Source of the DNA: an uncultured Thiomicrospira sp.
Lineage (GTDB): Bacteria; Pseudomonadota; Gammaproteobacteria; CAKMZV01
Reading direction: 5' to 3'
Assembly (NCBI GenBank): GCA_965195345.1
Contig: OZ239628.1
Location: 135,298-199,297 of the forward strand
Length of the DNA stretch: 64,000 bases
Below, piece after piece: positions 28,339 to 37,710 of the stretch. Position 1 is the stretch's first letter. Each line of letters begins with the position of its first letter. The translations under genes and the position numbers were made by a program. Under the pieces are notes generated by a model that saw only the letters and a list, made by a program, of their open reading frames with translations, did not search any database and was not told the origin of the DNA.

Positions 28339-28757
28339 TCCAAGTTTGGCTCCAAATCTTCCACCACTAATCTGCCATAGTAACGTATATCGTGCGCAGA
28401 GTTGTCTTTAAGAATTTGACCGACCGCATAGCGCTCTTCTTCTGTTTCGACTGGAGCACTAACGAGTACATGCCCTTTCCCGAGTTCGATACGAATTAGA
28501 TCAAACAGCTTCTTTTCACTTCCATTGGCAAAATTTTGCCAAGTGCGCACTAATTTTCCCCAAACTCCGTGATGTTCTCCATCGGGGTCAAGAAAATGCA
28601 ATCCATCTTCGCCAAATGATTCATCAATATCATCATCATCGAAGCCTGTAGCCCTTAATGCACTCACTGCTTTATCAGCATTAACTCGTGCATCAAAAAA
28701 TCCCACCACTCGATTTGTAGGATAGACTGAAAAATGCGCATCATCATGTTTTAACAT
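28335..28757 (-). CDS. Hypothetical acidic protein (140 aa), translationally coupled to cmoA
   Basis: ATG at 28757 is preceded by GGAGG with 5-nt spacing. The stop overlaps the cmoA start by 4 nt. I recognise no family. Confidence 0.55.
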   Translation of the reverse strand: MLKHDDAHFSVYPTNRVVGFFDARVNADKAVSALRATGFDDDDIDESFGEDGLHFLDPDGEHHGVWGKLVRTWQNFANGSEKKLFDLIRIELGKGHVLVSAPVETEEERYAVGQILKDNSAHDIRYYGRLVVEDLEPNLE

Positions 28758-28848
28758 ATACACCTCCATTTATTAAAAATTCATATCATCGGCTAAAGAT
28801 ACATTTATAGAGTATCGCTGTTACCGTAAAAAAGCAAGTTTTCTTTCG

Positions 28849-30474
28849 CTATCGCCCGTAGAAATTGATTGTCCATCCGTTCAATATGTTGGTAGAAGGT
28901 GTTCCATTATTAGAGGGCGTTCTATCAGATATATTAAGTATCCAACTACCTATCACAGGCTCCATAAAATGAACATTCGAAGTAAATGTAAAGTTCGCGA
29001 GATTCTGATTTAACATCCCTGCAACGGACCTCGCATGCGTTTCGGTAATAATAGAAGTGGATATTGAACTTCCTTGCTCATGAATGAGCTCAATAGTCAG
29101 ATCAGTCCAATTCGCATGCGGTGAATTTATCACAAGCTCGAGTTGCTCTATCTGAGAAATATTTGAACTTGTAATATTTATCATTGATGCAACTCCTATG
29201 ATGTCATTATCTGGAATCACTAGGCTGTCCGTTGCCGTTGCCGTTGCCGACAATAAGTTACCCGAAACATTCACCCACGTACGTGCTAAAGAAGTTGCCG
29301 CCGCCGCATCAATCCGTCCAAACCCAAAATTATGATTGAATCTAATTCCTGCAATATTCGTAAACCATCCTGAGTCAGAAGGCGATGTTTCAATCGCGCT
29401 TCTTGCTAAGATCTCACGTACATCACGCCACGTCAACATAGGATTACTCTGTAGAACTTGAGCAATCACTCCGGAAGCGATAGGCGTTGACGCTGATGTT
29501 CCAATGAAGCATCTGGTGTAGTCAATATTGCCAAACTCAAAAAGATTAGTTCCTCTGTTGAACCCGAGTGTCCCAAGAATATCAATAGTCGAAATGAGAA
29601 TGTCGCTAGCGTCCCCACAATTATTGATACGTGCATTGCCTCCTGGAGCGCTGACCCATAAGTTAGCTCCCCGCTCAGAAAAGTTAGAACGCAAACCCTG
29701 CCTGTCCAAAGAACCTATAGCTAACACACCTTTATAATTCGCAAATCCATCGTAATTGCTATTATCAGAACCTAAAGCACCATTACCTGCCGCCCACGTA
29801 TAAATCGTTCCCAAGCCCCCTCTTCCTCGGCTTAGCCCATCTTCAATTAAACCAGAAAATCCAGAGCTTGCAGGATTAAGTAGTCCATCATCAGGCGGTC
29901 CCCAACTATTATTAGAAACAGCGACCTCGCTAATATTTCTTGTCATTGAAAGAAACAAATTTTGATCTGTCTGATTGTCAATAAAGTTATACGACTGTAT
30001 GTTTGCATCGGAGGCAACGCCATTAACCCCAAAAAGATTATTTTCTGCTCCAATTAACCCCGCAACTGATGTTGCATGTGATCCAGCATTTGTTATAAAG
30101 GGTTGAACACCTTCAACATCTCTTGTAAGATCAAAATGCCCGTTGCCTGCAGTATTGTTAATAATATCGCAATGCCCCACCTGCACTGACACATCAACGA
30201 CTCGAACAACCACTCCTACTCCCGTACACGCCCCAGCCCCGCAAATACTACTTGAAGCATTAACGCCAGCGTTCGAGTCCAAATGCCATTGCCGTGACAC
30301 ATAATTGGGAGCACTATACGTAGAACAAAATTCTAAATTTCTTGTATTTGCCACCGAGTCTATGCTATCCGTGCCACTGGTGTCACCACCTATGCCCGAA
30401 GACCCAGACCCTCCTCCACAAGCTCCAATGAGTAACAGCAAGAACATTAAAACAAAAAGCCTTGAAATATTCAT
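28849..30474 (-). CDS. Kexin/furin-like subtilase (peptidase S8B) lipoprotein with C-terminal P-domain
   Basis: Lipobox LLLIGAC followed by a Gly/Ser linker. QWHL, VVDVSVQVGHCDI (Asp), GSHATSVAG (His), SNNSWGPPDDG (Asn), AAGNG...NYDGFAN and GTSASTPIASGVIAQVLQSNPMLTWRDV (Ser) align with Kex2/furin. The C-terminal GSWILNISD...GWTINFYG is P-domain-like. Confidence 0.82.
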   Translation of the reverse strand: MNISRLFVLMFLLLLIGACGGGSGSSGIGGDTSGTDSIDSVANTRNLEFCSTYSAPNYVSRQWHLDSNAGVNASSSICGAGACTGVGVVVRVVDVSVQVGHCDIINNTAGNGHFDLTRDVEGVQPFITNAGSHATSVAGLIGAENNLFGVNGVASDANIQSYNFIDNQTDQNLFLSMTRNISEVAVSNNSWGPPDDGLLNPASSGFSGLIEDGLSRGRGGLGTIYTWAAGNGALGSDNSNYDGFANYKGVLAIGSLDRQGLRSNFSERGANLWVSAPGGNARINNCGDASDILISTIDILGTLGFNRGTNLFEFGNIDYTRCFIGTSASTPIASGVIAQVLQSNPMLTWRDVREILARSAIETSPSDSGWFTNIAGIRFNHNFGFGRIDAAAATSLARTWVNVSGNLLSATATATDSLVIPDNDIIGVASMINITSSNISQIEQLELVINSPHANWTDLTIELIHEQGSSISTSIITETHARSVAGMLNQNLANFTFTSNVHFMEPVIGSWILNISDRTPSNNGTPSTNILNGWTINFYGR

Positions 30475-30605
30475 ATTGGTAATTATATTGAATTTGAGAG
30501 GTTATTTATTCATGATGTTGAGAAACATACGAAATTAAATGCTTTCTCTATTAGCGAAGTACGCTCACTTAAAAGAAAAAAGATTGTTTAAAAACAGGAA
30601 AAATA

Positions 30606-33176
30606 ATGGAAAAATTTACAACAACCGTGCAAAAAGCCTTGATGGATGCTCAATCATTGGCGAATCAACAAGACCATGCCTATATTGAAGCAGCTCACCT
30701 ATTGACGACTCTTTTGCATAATGAAAATGGCGTTAAGAATTTAGTCACACTTGCCCAAGGAAATATTGATGCACTTAACCAAGAACTCAAAGGAATCATG
30801 CTTAAGTTTGCAAAAGTATCGGGTAACGCGGTGCAATTACAAATCAGCAGCTCTCTAAAAAGCATTCTATTAAATGCTGAAAAGCTCAGTAAAAAGGCTG
30901 GTGACCAGTATCTATCTAGCGAATGGATACTATTGTCCATGCTTCATTCAAACGATTCGGTAAGTACTGCTTTGAAAGAAGCAGGATTGAGTGAAAAAAA
31001 CCTAAAAAACTCCATTGAAAATATACGTGGATCAAAAACAGTGGATGATCCTGCATCAGAAAGTCAACGCGACGCTTTGGAGAAATATACCATTGACATG
31101 ACCAATCGTGCAAAAGAAGGAAAACTAGATCCTGTAATAGGTCGTGATGATGAAATTCGACGAACCATCCAAGTGTTACAACGACGTACAAAAAACAATC
31201 CTGTGCTCATCGGTGAACCTGGCGTTGGTAAGACCGCTATCGTTGAAGGACTAGCTCAACGTATTGTGAATAACGAAGTCCCCGAAGGGCTGCGCAATAA
31301 GAAGCTATTGTCGCTTGACTTAGGCGCGCTTTTAGCTGGAGCAAAATACCGTGGAGAATTTGAGGAGCGCTTAAAAGCAGTGCTCAAAGACATTCAAGAA
31401 GATGATGGGCAAATTATTCTTTTTATCGATGAGCTACACACCATGGTCAATGCTGGTAAAGCGGAAGGAGCTATGGACGCAGGAAACATGCTTAAACCCG
31501 CACTAGCACGTGGTGAGCTGCATTGTATTGGCGCAACGACATTAGATGAATATCGTCAATACATCGAAAAAGATGCAGCACTCGAGCGACGCTTTCAAAA
31601 AGTATTGGTTGATGAACCTGATACTGAAGATACTATCGCAATTTTACGAGGATTAAAACAACGCTATGAAGTACACCATGGAGTACAAATTACTGATCCT
31701 GCTATTATTGCAGCAGTTACATTATCGCAACGATACATAGCCGATCGATTTTTACCCGATAAAGCCATTGATTTGATTGATGAGGCTGCGGCTCGATTGC
31801 GTATTGAAATCGACTCAAAACCAGAAGAAATGGATCGACTACAACGCCAAATAATTCAATTAAAAATAGAAGAGCAAGCCTTAAGTAAGGAGAATGATAG
31901 TGCTTCAAGAAAGCGATTGAAAGAAATCACTCAACGCATTGGTGAGATGGAAAAAAACTATGCCCACCTTGACGAAAAATTGAAATCAGAAAAAGCATTC
32001 CTTGAAAGCGCTAAAAACACAAAAGAGTCCTTAGAAAAGGCACGAATTTCTCTTGAAAAAGCGCAAAGAAACAACGATTACGGAAAAGCTTCTGAACTTA
32101 TGTATGGGACAATTCCTGCATTGGAAAAGCAACTAGAATCTGAAGAAAAGAACGACACAAGCACACTAGAACTGCTTAGCCGTGAGGTAACGGAAGATGC
32201 CATTGCAGAAATAATAGAGCGTTCGACAGGCATTCCAATTCAACGATTAGTAGCGCCTGAGCAAGAGAAGCTTTTACAGATGGAAAGCTATTTGAAAAAA
32301 TATGTTGTTGGTCAAGAAAAAGCCATCCAAGCAGTATCAAATGCTGTGCGACGCGCTAGGGCTGGATTATCTGACCCGAATAGACCAAATGGCTCATTTT
32401 TGTTTTTAGGCCCCACTGGTGTGGGAAAAACGGAGTTAACCAAAGCCCTCGCTATGTATCTGTTTAATTCTCGTGATACTATGGTTCGCATTGATATGTC
32501 AGAGTTTATGGAAAAACATTCCATTGCACGTCTTATAGGCGCACCCCCTGGCTATATTGGTTTTGAAGAAGGCGGATTTCTTACAGAAACCGTGCGTCGA
32601 AAACCCTATTCTGTTATTTTGTTTGATGAGATTGAAAAGGCGCATCCCGATGTGTTTAACTTGCTTTTACAAGTGCTTGATGATGGACGATTAACCGATG
32701 GACACGGCAGAACAGTTAATTTCAAAAATACTGTGATTATTATGACATCAAACCTTGGCACTGAAAGCACCCAAGAGGCAAACCCTACAGATCTAAAGGG
32801 TATTGAAGATCGCGTGATGGAAACGGTACGTCAATTTTTCCGCCCAGAGTTTATCAATCGAATTGATGATGCGGTTGTATTCCACAGACTTAAACGTGAA
32901 GACATTCGCAAAATAGCGGCATTGCAAATTGATGCTTTGTCTGAACGATTAGAAGCGCAGAATATGTTTTTAAAAGTTGATGATTCAGTTCTGGACCATT
33001 TAGCAGAGAAAGGATATGACTCCGTTTATGGAGCAAGGCCGTTAAAAAGGGTTATTCAAAATGAACTTGAGAATGCGCTTGCAGAAAAAATTCTTGAAGC
33101 CTCTGTTTCTCCTTCTGAAACCATTCATGTATCCTTTGACGAGAAAGATATGCGAATTCTTATAACGACTGGTTAA
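30606..33176 (+). CDS. clpB: Chaperone/disaggregase ClpB
   Basis: Two AAA+ modules ([15 protein letters not shown]; [15 protein letters not shown]), a middle coiled-coil domain, and [24 protein letters not shown]. Confidence 0.97.
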   Translation: MEKFTTTVQKALMDAQSLANQQDHAYIEAAHLLTTLLHNENGVKNLVTLAQGNIDALNQELKGIMLKFAKVSGNAVQLQISSSLKSILLNAEKLSKKAGDQYLSSEWILLSMLHSNDSVSTALKEAGLSEKNLKNSIENIRGSKTVDDPASESQRDALEKYTIDMTNRAKEGKLDPVIGRDDEIRRTIQVLQRRTKNNPVLIGEPGVGKTAIVEGLAQRIVNNEVPEGLRNKKLLSLDLGALLAGAKYRGEFEERLKAVLKDIQEDDGQIILFIDELHTMVNAGKAEGAMDAGNMLKPALARGELHCIGATTLDEYRQYIEKDAALERRFQKVLVDEPDTEDTIAILRGLKQRYEVHHGVQITDPAIIAAVTLSQRYIADRFLPDKAIDLIDEAAARLRIEIDSKPEEMDRLQRQIIQLKIEEQALSKENDSASRKRLKEITQRIGEMEKNYAHLDEKLKSEKAFLESAKNTKESLEKARISLEKAQRNNDYGKASELMYGTIPALEKQLESEEKNDTSTLELLSREVTEDAIAEIIERSTGIPIQRLVAPEQEKLLQMESYLKKYVVGQEKAIQAVSNAVRRARAGLSDPNRPNGSFLFLGPTGVGKTELTKALAMYLFNSRDTMVRIDMSEFMEKHSIARLIGAPPGYIGFEEGGFLTETVRRKPYSVILFDEIEKAHPDVFNLLLQVLDDGRLTDGHGRTVNFKNTVIIMTSNLGTESTQEANPTDLKGIEDRVMETVRQFFRPEFINRIDDAVVFHRLKREDIRKIAALQIDALSERLEAQNMFLKVDDSVLDHLAEKGYDSVYGARPLKRVIQNELENALAEKILEASVSPSETIHVSFDEKDMRILITTG

Positions 33177-33230
33177 GCATTTCTGCTGAGTTTGCTGCGG
33201 TGATATAGTCTGGCAGTGTACAATAACATT

Positions 33231-33331
33231 GTGGTGCTGACCCTTTACGATGATAGTCTGTAAACCCCGCCAGGTTCGAAAGAAAGCAACGGTAGCAGGC
33301 AAACCATGCGCTAAAGTTCAGTTGGCATCAC
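33231..33331 (+). ncRNA. ffs: Signal recognition particle RNA (4.5S RNA)
   Basis: CUGUAAACCCCGCCAGGUUCGAAAGAAAGCAACGGUAGCAG parallels E. coli 4.5S CUGUUUACCAGGUCAGGUCCGGAAGGAAGCAGCCAAGGCAG (GNRA tetraloop plus AGCA loop of domain IV). 5' GUGGUGC pairs with 3' GCAUCAC to close a long hairpin. A T-rich tail follows. Confidence 0.65.
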
Positions 33332-33347
33332 TTTTATTAGGGGGGAC

Positions 33348-33971
33348 ATGCAAACACTTCAGTTATTCCATTTTTGCATTCTATGCGATAAACCATGCGC
33401 CGAGCTTGACTTGTGCGACGATTGCTCTGCGAGCTTACCGTGGGCAACATACCTAATTTCGCCTCCTCCACCTGGAATTAATGAGCTACAGCCTCTTTTT
33501 TTCATGCAAGAGCCTATCAATAAATGGATTCACCAACTCAAATATAACCGTCGTCTAATGTTTGCGCGTTTGATGGCTCAATTGATGTTGCGTGAGTTAA
33601 CGGTTAATCCTGCGGTAGAGGCGATTGCGGCGATACCCTTGCATCCCGATAGAATAAGACATAGAGGCTTCAATCAAGCATTAGAAATATCAAAAATCAT
33701 AACTAAATCTTTAGAAATAGTGCCCTTAGATAATCAGCTTGAACGGGTAAAAAACACCCTTCCTCAAGTAAGCCTCAAATCAAAGTTACGTAAAAAAAAT
33801 ATGTCTGACGCTTTTAAAAGCAACTTAGACAACGACTTGTCTGGTCTTATTCTCATCGACGATGTAACAACCACTGGATCAACCGCTTCTTCTTTAGCAC
33901 ACTGTATTCGTAAAGAGAACCCCGGAATCTACTTGCAACTTTGGACAATCGCACATTCCGACTCTGGTTAA
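33348..33971 (+). CDS. comF: ComF-family protein (phosphoribosyltransferase domain)
   Basis: N-terminal Cys pairs (CILCDKPC...CDDCSASLPW), LKYNRRL, IPLHPDRIRHRGFNQA and the PRTase motif LILIDDVTTTGST. Confidence 0.8.
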   Translation: MQTLQLFHFCILCDKPCAELDLCDDCSASLPWATYLISPPPPGINELQPLFFMQEPINKWIHQLKYNRRLMFARLMAQLMLRELTVNPAVEAIAAIPLHPDRIRHRGFNQALEISKIITKSLEIVPLDNQLERVKNTLPQVSLKSKLRKKNMSDAFKSNLDNDLSGLILIDDVTTTGSTASSLAHCIRKENPGIYLQLWTIAHSDSG

Positions 33972-34009
33972 ATTAGCAAGCGTTGCAAAAATTCTTAATT
34001 GATTTTAAG

Positions 34010-34939
34010 CTACTTAAATTGAGATACGTTATATTGTAGTTTCCCTGTCAATGGGTTGATACGCGCTTCGGTATAGTTGTTTATGTCACCCTTCCCATCA
34101 CCTACCAATTGAGAAGGACATTCTTTCCCATCCAATCCACATCGATAATTATGAGCTTCTGGGCGGGGGTCACAAAAAAACCCATCCTTATTTCGCGTTG
34201 CTTCATTTATTTCGAGTAGCAACTGTGCATTAAAAAAAGTATCTTCATCCAACTCTAATCCAGATTCTTTTGTATACTCAGCGAGCATCAATATATATCC
34301 AGTAATTCCCATATAACCAGCGTCCCCGATATCTGGATGATTAGGTCTGAAAAATGGCATCGCTCGACGAATATAGTCAAACATTGTTAATGCATACGGC
34401 CAATAATTTGATACCGTTTTAATGGGCATTGGCCCGCCATCATCGCTCAAATTCAAATCACCTCCTGTAAGGGGGAGATAATGCCCATTGCCTTCTCCAA
34501 ACTCACCATGACATTCACTACAGTATTTTAAATAAAGTTTTTCTCCATCCCTAATCTTCATCCCTACGTTAGGGCCTGGCAATCCACTACCATCTCCTAA
34601 CACATCAATATTCCAAGGTTCAATGGCTGCTTCAACAATTGGCTTGCCAAATCCGTAACTGTTGTGTTCGCTGCTCCATTCTTTTTTCACTGACTGATGC
34701 ACTTCGATAAATGCAGGTGGCACTCGACACTGTCTCGAATGTTTTTCTCCAGCAACTTCTGCGGAATAGGGGTTATTCGAATCAGCTTTTTCTTGGCGTG
34801 TGTCTTTATTTTTACTCGGATGTAGATAGGCTCCTTCAGGGACTTCCTCGCTAAAACTAGGCACTGCCATAAAAATAGTACAGGTCAATACCAACAATCT
34901 ACCAAAAAGGAAATTAAATCGCATATCAGTACTGAACAT
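34010..34939 (-). CDS. soxD: Monoheme cytochrome c subunit of sulfite/sulfane dehydrogenase (SoxD-like); start 34939 or 34924
   Basis: Signal peptide MRFNFLFGRLLVLTCTIFMAVPSFS and a single CSECH heme motif. It lies immediately downstream of the molybdopterin subunit. Confidence 0.6.
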   Translation of the reverse strand: MFSTDMRFNFLFGRLLVLTCTIFMAVPSFSEEVPEGAYLHPSKNKDTRQEKADSNNPYSAEVAGEKHSRQCRVPPAFIEVHQSVKKEWSSEHNSYGFGKPIVEAAIEPWNIDVLGDGSGLPGPNVGMKIRDGEKLYLKYCSECHGEFGEGNGHYLPLTGGDLNLSDDGGPMPIKTVSNYWPYALTMFDYIRRAMPFFRPNHPDIGDAGYMGITGYILMLAEYTKESGLELDEDTFFNAQLLLEINEATRNKDGFFCDPRPEAHNYRCGLDGKECPSQLVGDGKGDINNYTEARINPLTGKLQYNVSQFK

Positions 34940-36257
34940 TCTGTACTTCTCCCTTACGTGAGCTATCCCAAGGATGGATGCGCCATGTAACCATGGCATT
35001 GCGATGATAAACAGGATTAGTGCCTCTTATACGTCTGAGCTGAGGCATTGTTGGCTGAGTATAACCTGTCTCATCAGTTGCTCGACTCATAAGCAACAAC
35101 TCCTCGCCTTCCCATTCAAACTCGTACTCAAATCGCACCCATGCTTTATCCAGAATGGGACTGGTTATTCTCGCTTGAGACCAATTTTCCCCTCCATTGA
35201 AAGAAACATCAACAACGGCTACTTTACCTCTCCCTGACCATGCTAAACCTTTTAGAACATATCTACGTGGTCCGTCCATTTTAAAATCTGGTGAAGGATA
35301 TGTGATAACCGAGTTTGCTTCACAATACCAAGTAAATTGAGCAGCCTTTCCATCAGCATATAATTCCGTGTACTTTGACGTTTCTTCTCGATGCTGCAAT
35401 GGCTCGTTGGTCACTTTTAAGCGACGTAAAAACTTTATCCACATGTTTCCTTCGCAACCTGGAACAACTAAGCGCATGGGATAGCCTTGCTCTGCACGCA
35501 GTCCTTCACCATTCTGCGCATAAGCCACTATGCAATCATCCATAGCAATTGACATAGGAATGGAGCGGCTCATTCCCGAGGCATCTGCCCCTTCGGCAAT
35601 AACCCACTTTGCACTTGGATCCACACCAGATTCTTTTAACAATACGGATAATTTAACACCTGTCCACTCACAGCAACTCATCATGCCATGTGTCCATTGC
35701 ACCGAGTCAACTTGCACACCTTTCCACTCAAGCGCACCATTGGCTGGGCATTCAAGAAAATGTATACGTTGTATGGCAGGAAATTTTTTTAGATCCTTAA
35801 CCGAGTAAATCAATGGCTGGCTTACCAAGCCATGAACAACCATACGATGCTTTGTTGGATCAATTTCAGGCGTGCCTCCATGAAAACGCTCAAAATGTAA
35901 TCCATTCGGCGTAATAATTCCATGCAACTGATGAACTGGACAGAATGAAATGGAGGCATAACGATCTGGAGTCAGCCAATCAAGCGAGCGCCTTTTAACT
36001 TGTGATTCAAACGAGACTGGTCTTCCATAGGGTCTCGTAAGCACCCCGTAGCCCAAAGTGGTCCGTGACGCAGGTATTTCAAGCGGATCAACGTGCGCAT
36101 CTTTGCCATTGTACATACTGGTATCTGGCTTGTATTGTGCGCGTCCAATCTTACTAAACAACACCCCACTGACAAGCATTGCTCCATTCTTTATCAGCGC
36201 TCGTCTCGACAAACCTGTTTTTTTTTCTTCACCTTTAGGAGTCACACTTCTCTCCAT
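34926..36257 (-). CDS. soxC: Sulfite dehydrogenase-family molybdopterin subunit (SoxC/SorA-like), Tat-exported
   Basis: Twin-arginine signal GLSRRALIKNGAMLVSG. The Mo-pterin oxidoreductase core includes HFLECPANG... with Cys ligand context (SCCEWTG) and a C-terminal dimerisation domain. Length is 443 aa. Confidence 0.75.
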   Translation of the reverse strand: MERSVTPKGEEKKTGLSRRALIKNGAMLVSGVLFSKIGRAQYKPDTSMYNGKDAHVDPLEIPASRTTLGYGVLTRPYGRPVSFESQVKRRSLDWLTPDRYASISFCPVHQLHGIITPNGLHFERFHGGTPEIDPTKHRMVVHGLVSQPLIYSVKDLKKFPAIQRIHFLECPANGALEWKGVQVDSVQWTHGMMSCCEWTGVKLSVLLKESGVDPSAKWVIAEGADASGMSRSIPMSIAMDDCIVAYAQNGEGLRAEQGYPMRLVVPGCEGNMWIKFLRRLKVTNEPLQHREETSKYTELYADGKAAQFTWYCEANSVITYPSPDFKMDGPRRYVLKGLAWSGRGKVAVVDVSFNGGENWSQARITSPILDKAWVRFEYEFEWEGEELLLMSRATDETGYTQPTMPQLRRIRGTNPVYHRNAMVTWRIHPWDSSRKGEVQNVQY

Positions 36258-36260
36258 TAG

Positions 36261-36536
36261 CTATTGGGTACTATAAAAGTCAGCGATAAATTCAATCTCT
36301 TCATCGGTAAGAGGCTGCGCAAACAGTTGCATCGTGGCACTCACTCGCTCACCTGATCGGTACGCTTTCAAAGCATTGACAAGATATTGTTTATTTTGTC
36401 CGATTAATTTGGGATATTCAGGTATTAAACTATCACCATTATTGGCATGACACCCCACACATATCTGCGGCACTTCCAAGGCAAATGCCTGACCCATAAT
36501 AAGAGCCGTAACAATAACAAGAATCTTGGCGTTCAT
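36261..36536 (-). CDS. Class I monoheme cytochrome c (cytochrome c4 half-domain-like)
   Basis: Signal peptide, CVGCHANNG, YPKLIGQNKQYLVNALKAYRSGER...M and IADFYS. Confidence 0.8.
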   Translation of the reverse strand: MNAKILVIVTALIMGQAFALEVPQICVGCHANNGDSLIPEYPKLIGQNKQYLVNALKAYRSGERVSATMQLFAQPLTDEEIEFIADFYSTQ

Positions 36537-36838
36537 AATTGCGAGTAGTACTCAGCCAATGCCACAATATCACTATCAGTCAACCCAATAAGAATAGCAT
36601 TCATTTCTGAAGATTTCCTTCTTCCATCTCTATAGGCATACAAAGCGTCTATTAGATACTTTTTATGTTGCCCCGCAAGGTGTGGATAAGAAGGTATAGA
36701 GGAATAGCCATCCACTCCATGGCACGCCTGACAAATTGCCGCTTTTGCCGGCTTGATGTTCTCAGCAAAAGCTAATGAGAAGAATGCATGGTATATAAGC
36801 AATGAGCCTAATAAAAATAATCGATGGACTTTTGTCAT
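36533..36838 (-). CDS. Class I monoheme cytochrome c (cytochrome c4 half-domain-like), paralogue of 36261-36536
   Basis: I chose the ATG at 36838 (MTKVHRLFLLGSLL... signal peptide). Motifs CQACHGVDG, YPHLAGQHKKYLIDALYAYRDGRR..EM and LAEYYS. It overlaps the next gene by 4 nt. Confidence 0.8.
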   Translation of the reverse strand: MTKVHRLFLLGSLLIYHAFFSLAFAENIKPAKAAICQACHGVDGYSSIPSYPHLAGQHKKYLIDALYAYRDGRRKSSEMNAILIGLTDSDIVALAEYYSQL

Positions 36839-37251
36839 AAAAAATGTTCTCGTATTCTGTAGCGAAACAGCAAATACATTATATCGAAGCAATATAAGAC
36901 AAATAAGCACGTATATACAGATTAGATAGTACTTCCTTGTACCATCAAATTTGTTGTCAAATACAATAGATAGACATACGCTTTGTAAGTGCTTTAATAT
37001 TGGTACATTTAGCGGCACACAATTGCATTTCCCATATGCATCGCCCACCGCATTACTCGCGTTATTACCCTATGCTGTACTATATTCTAAAAATATCGGA
37101 CCAAATTTCTGGCATAAGAGGAATAAATGTCTCCAGATATGTCTGTTCTTTTGTATAATCTCGCCCCCGATAGACATAAGGCTATTAATTAAATAACCTA
37201 CAAGCACGTCTACCAAACTTTTAAATTGCAACTGAAGAATACAGGTTCACC

Positions 37252-37596
37252 ATGAATCCAATTATAAAATCCATTGAAACAGAACAGCTCCGCACAGACT
37301 TTCCAAAGTTTTCACCTGGCGATACCGTTGCGGTTGCAATGCGTGTTCGCGAGGGCGAACGCGAGCGCATACAAACTTTTGAAGGGGTGGTCATTGCTAA
37401 ACGTAATCGCAGTATAAACAGCGCTTTTACTGTCCGCAAACATTCTTACGGAGAAAGTCTTGAAAGAGTCTTTCAGACGCATAGTCCTCTAATTGAAAGT
37501 ATTAAAGTACTCAGAAGAGGCGCTGTACGTAGAGCTAAACTTTACTACTTGCGTAAACTTCATGGTAAGTCTGCAAGAATTAAAGAAAAAATATAG
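37252..37596 (+). CDS. rplS: 50S ribosomal protein L19
   Basis: [47 protein letters not shown]...RRAKLYYLR. Confidence 0.97.
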   Translation: MNPIIKSIETEQLRTDFPKFSPGDTVAVAMRVREGERERIQTFEGVVIAKRNRSINSAFTVRKHSYGESLERVFQTHSPLIESIKVLRRGAVRRAKLYYLRKLHGKSARIKEKI

Positions 37597-37710
37597 ATCC
37601 CGTTCTAAGCAAATATATTTAGCCTTCCCGCAAACGGGGAATGTTGAAATATTCCGTATAATTTGGTTATTATCTCTTAGTCTCTTGAATCCTTCTAAAA
37701 GGTCTCTGTT

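Noticed and set aside
30475-30605. Sigma32 heat-shock promoter upstream of clpB
   Set aside because: A TTGAA-like element is present, but there is no CCCCAT-type -10 at the right spacing. The support is not sufficient.
36839-37251. 81-aa ORF 36951-37196(+) and the 70-aa N-terminal extension of the cytochrome ORF (up to 37048)
   Set aside because: The region is AT-rich, there is no RBS, and the translations are junk-like and Cys/Ile/Leu-rich. The cytochrome has a proper signal peptide starting at the internal ATG (36838).
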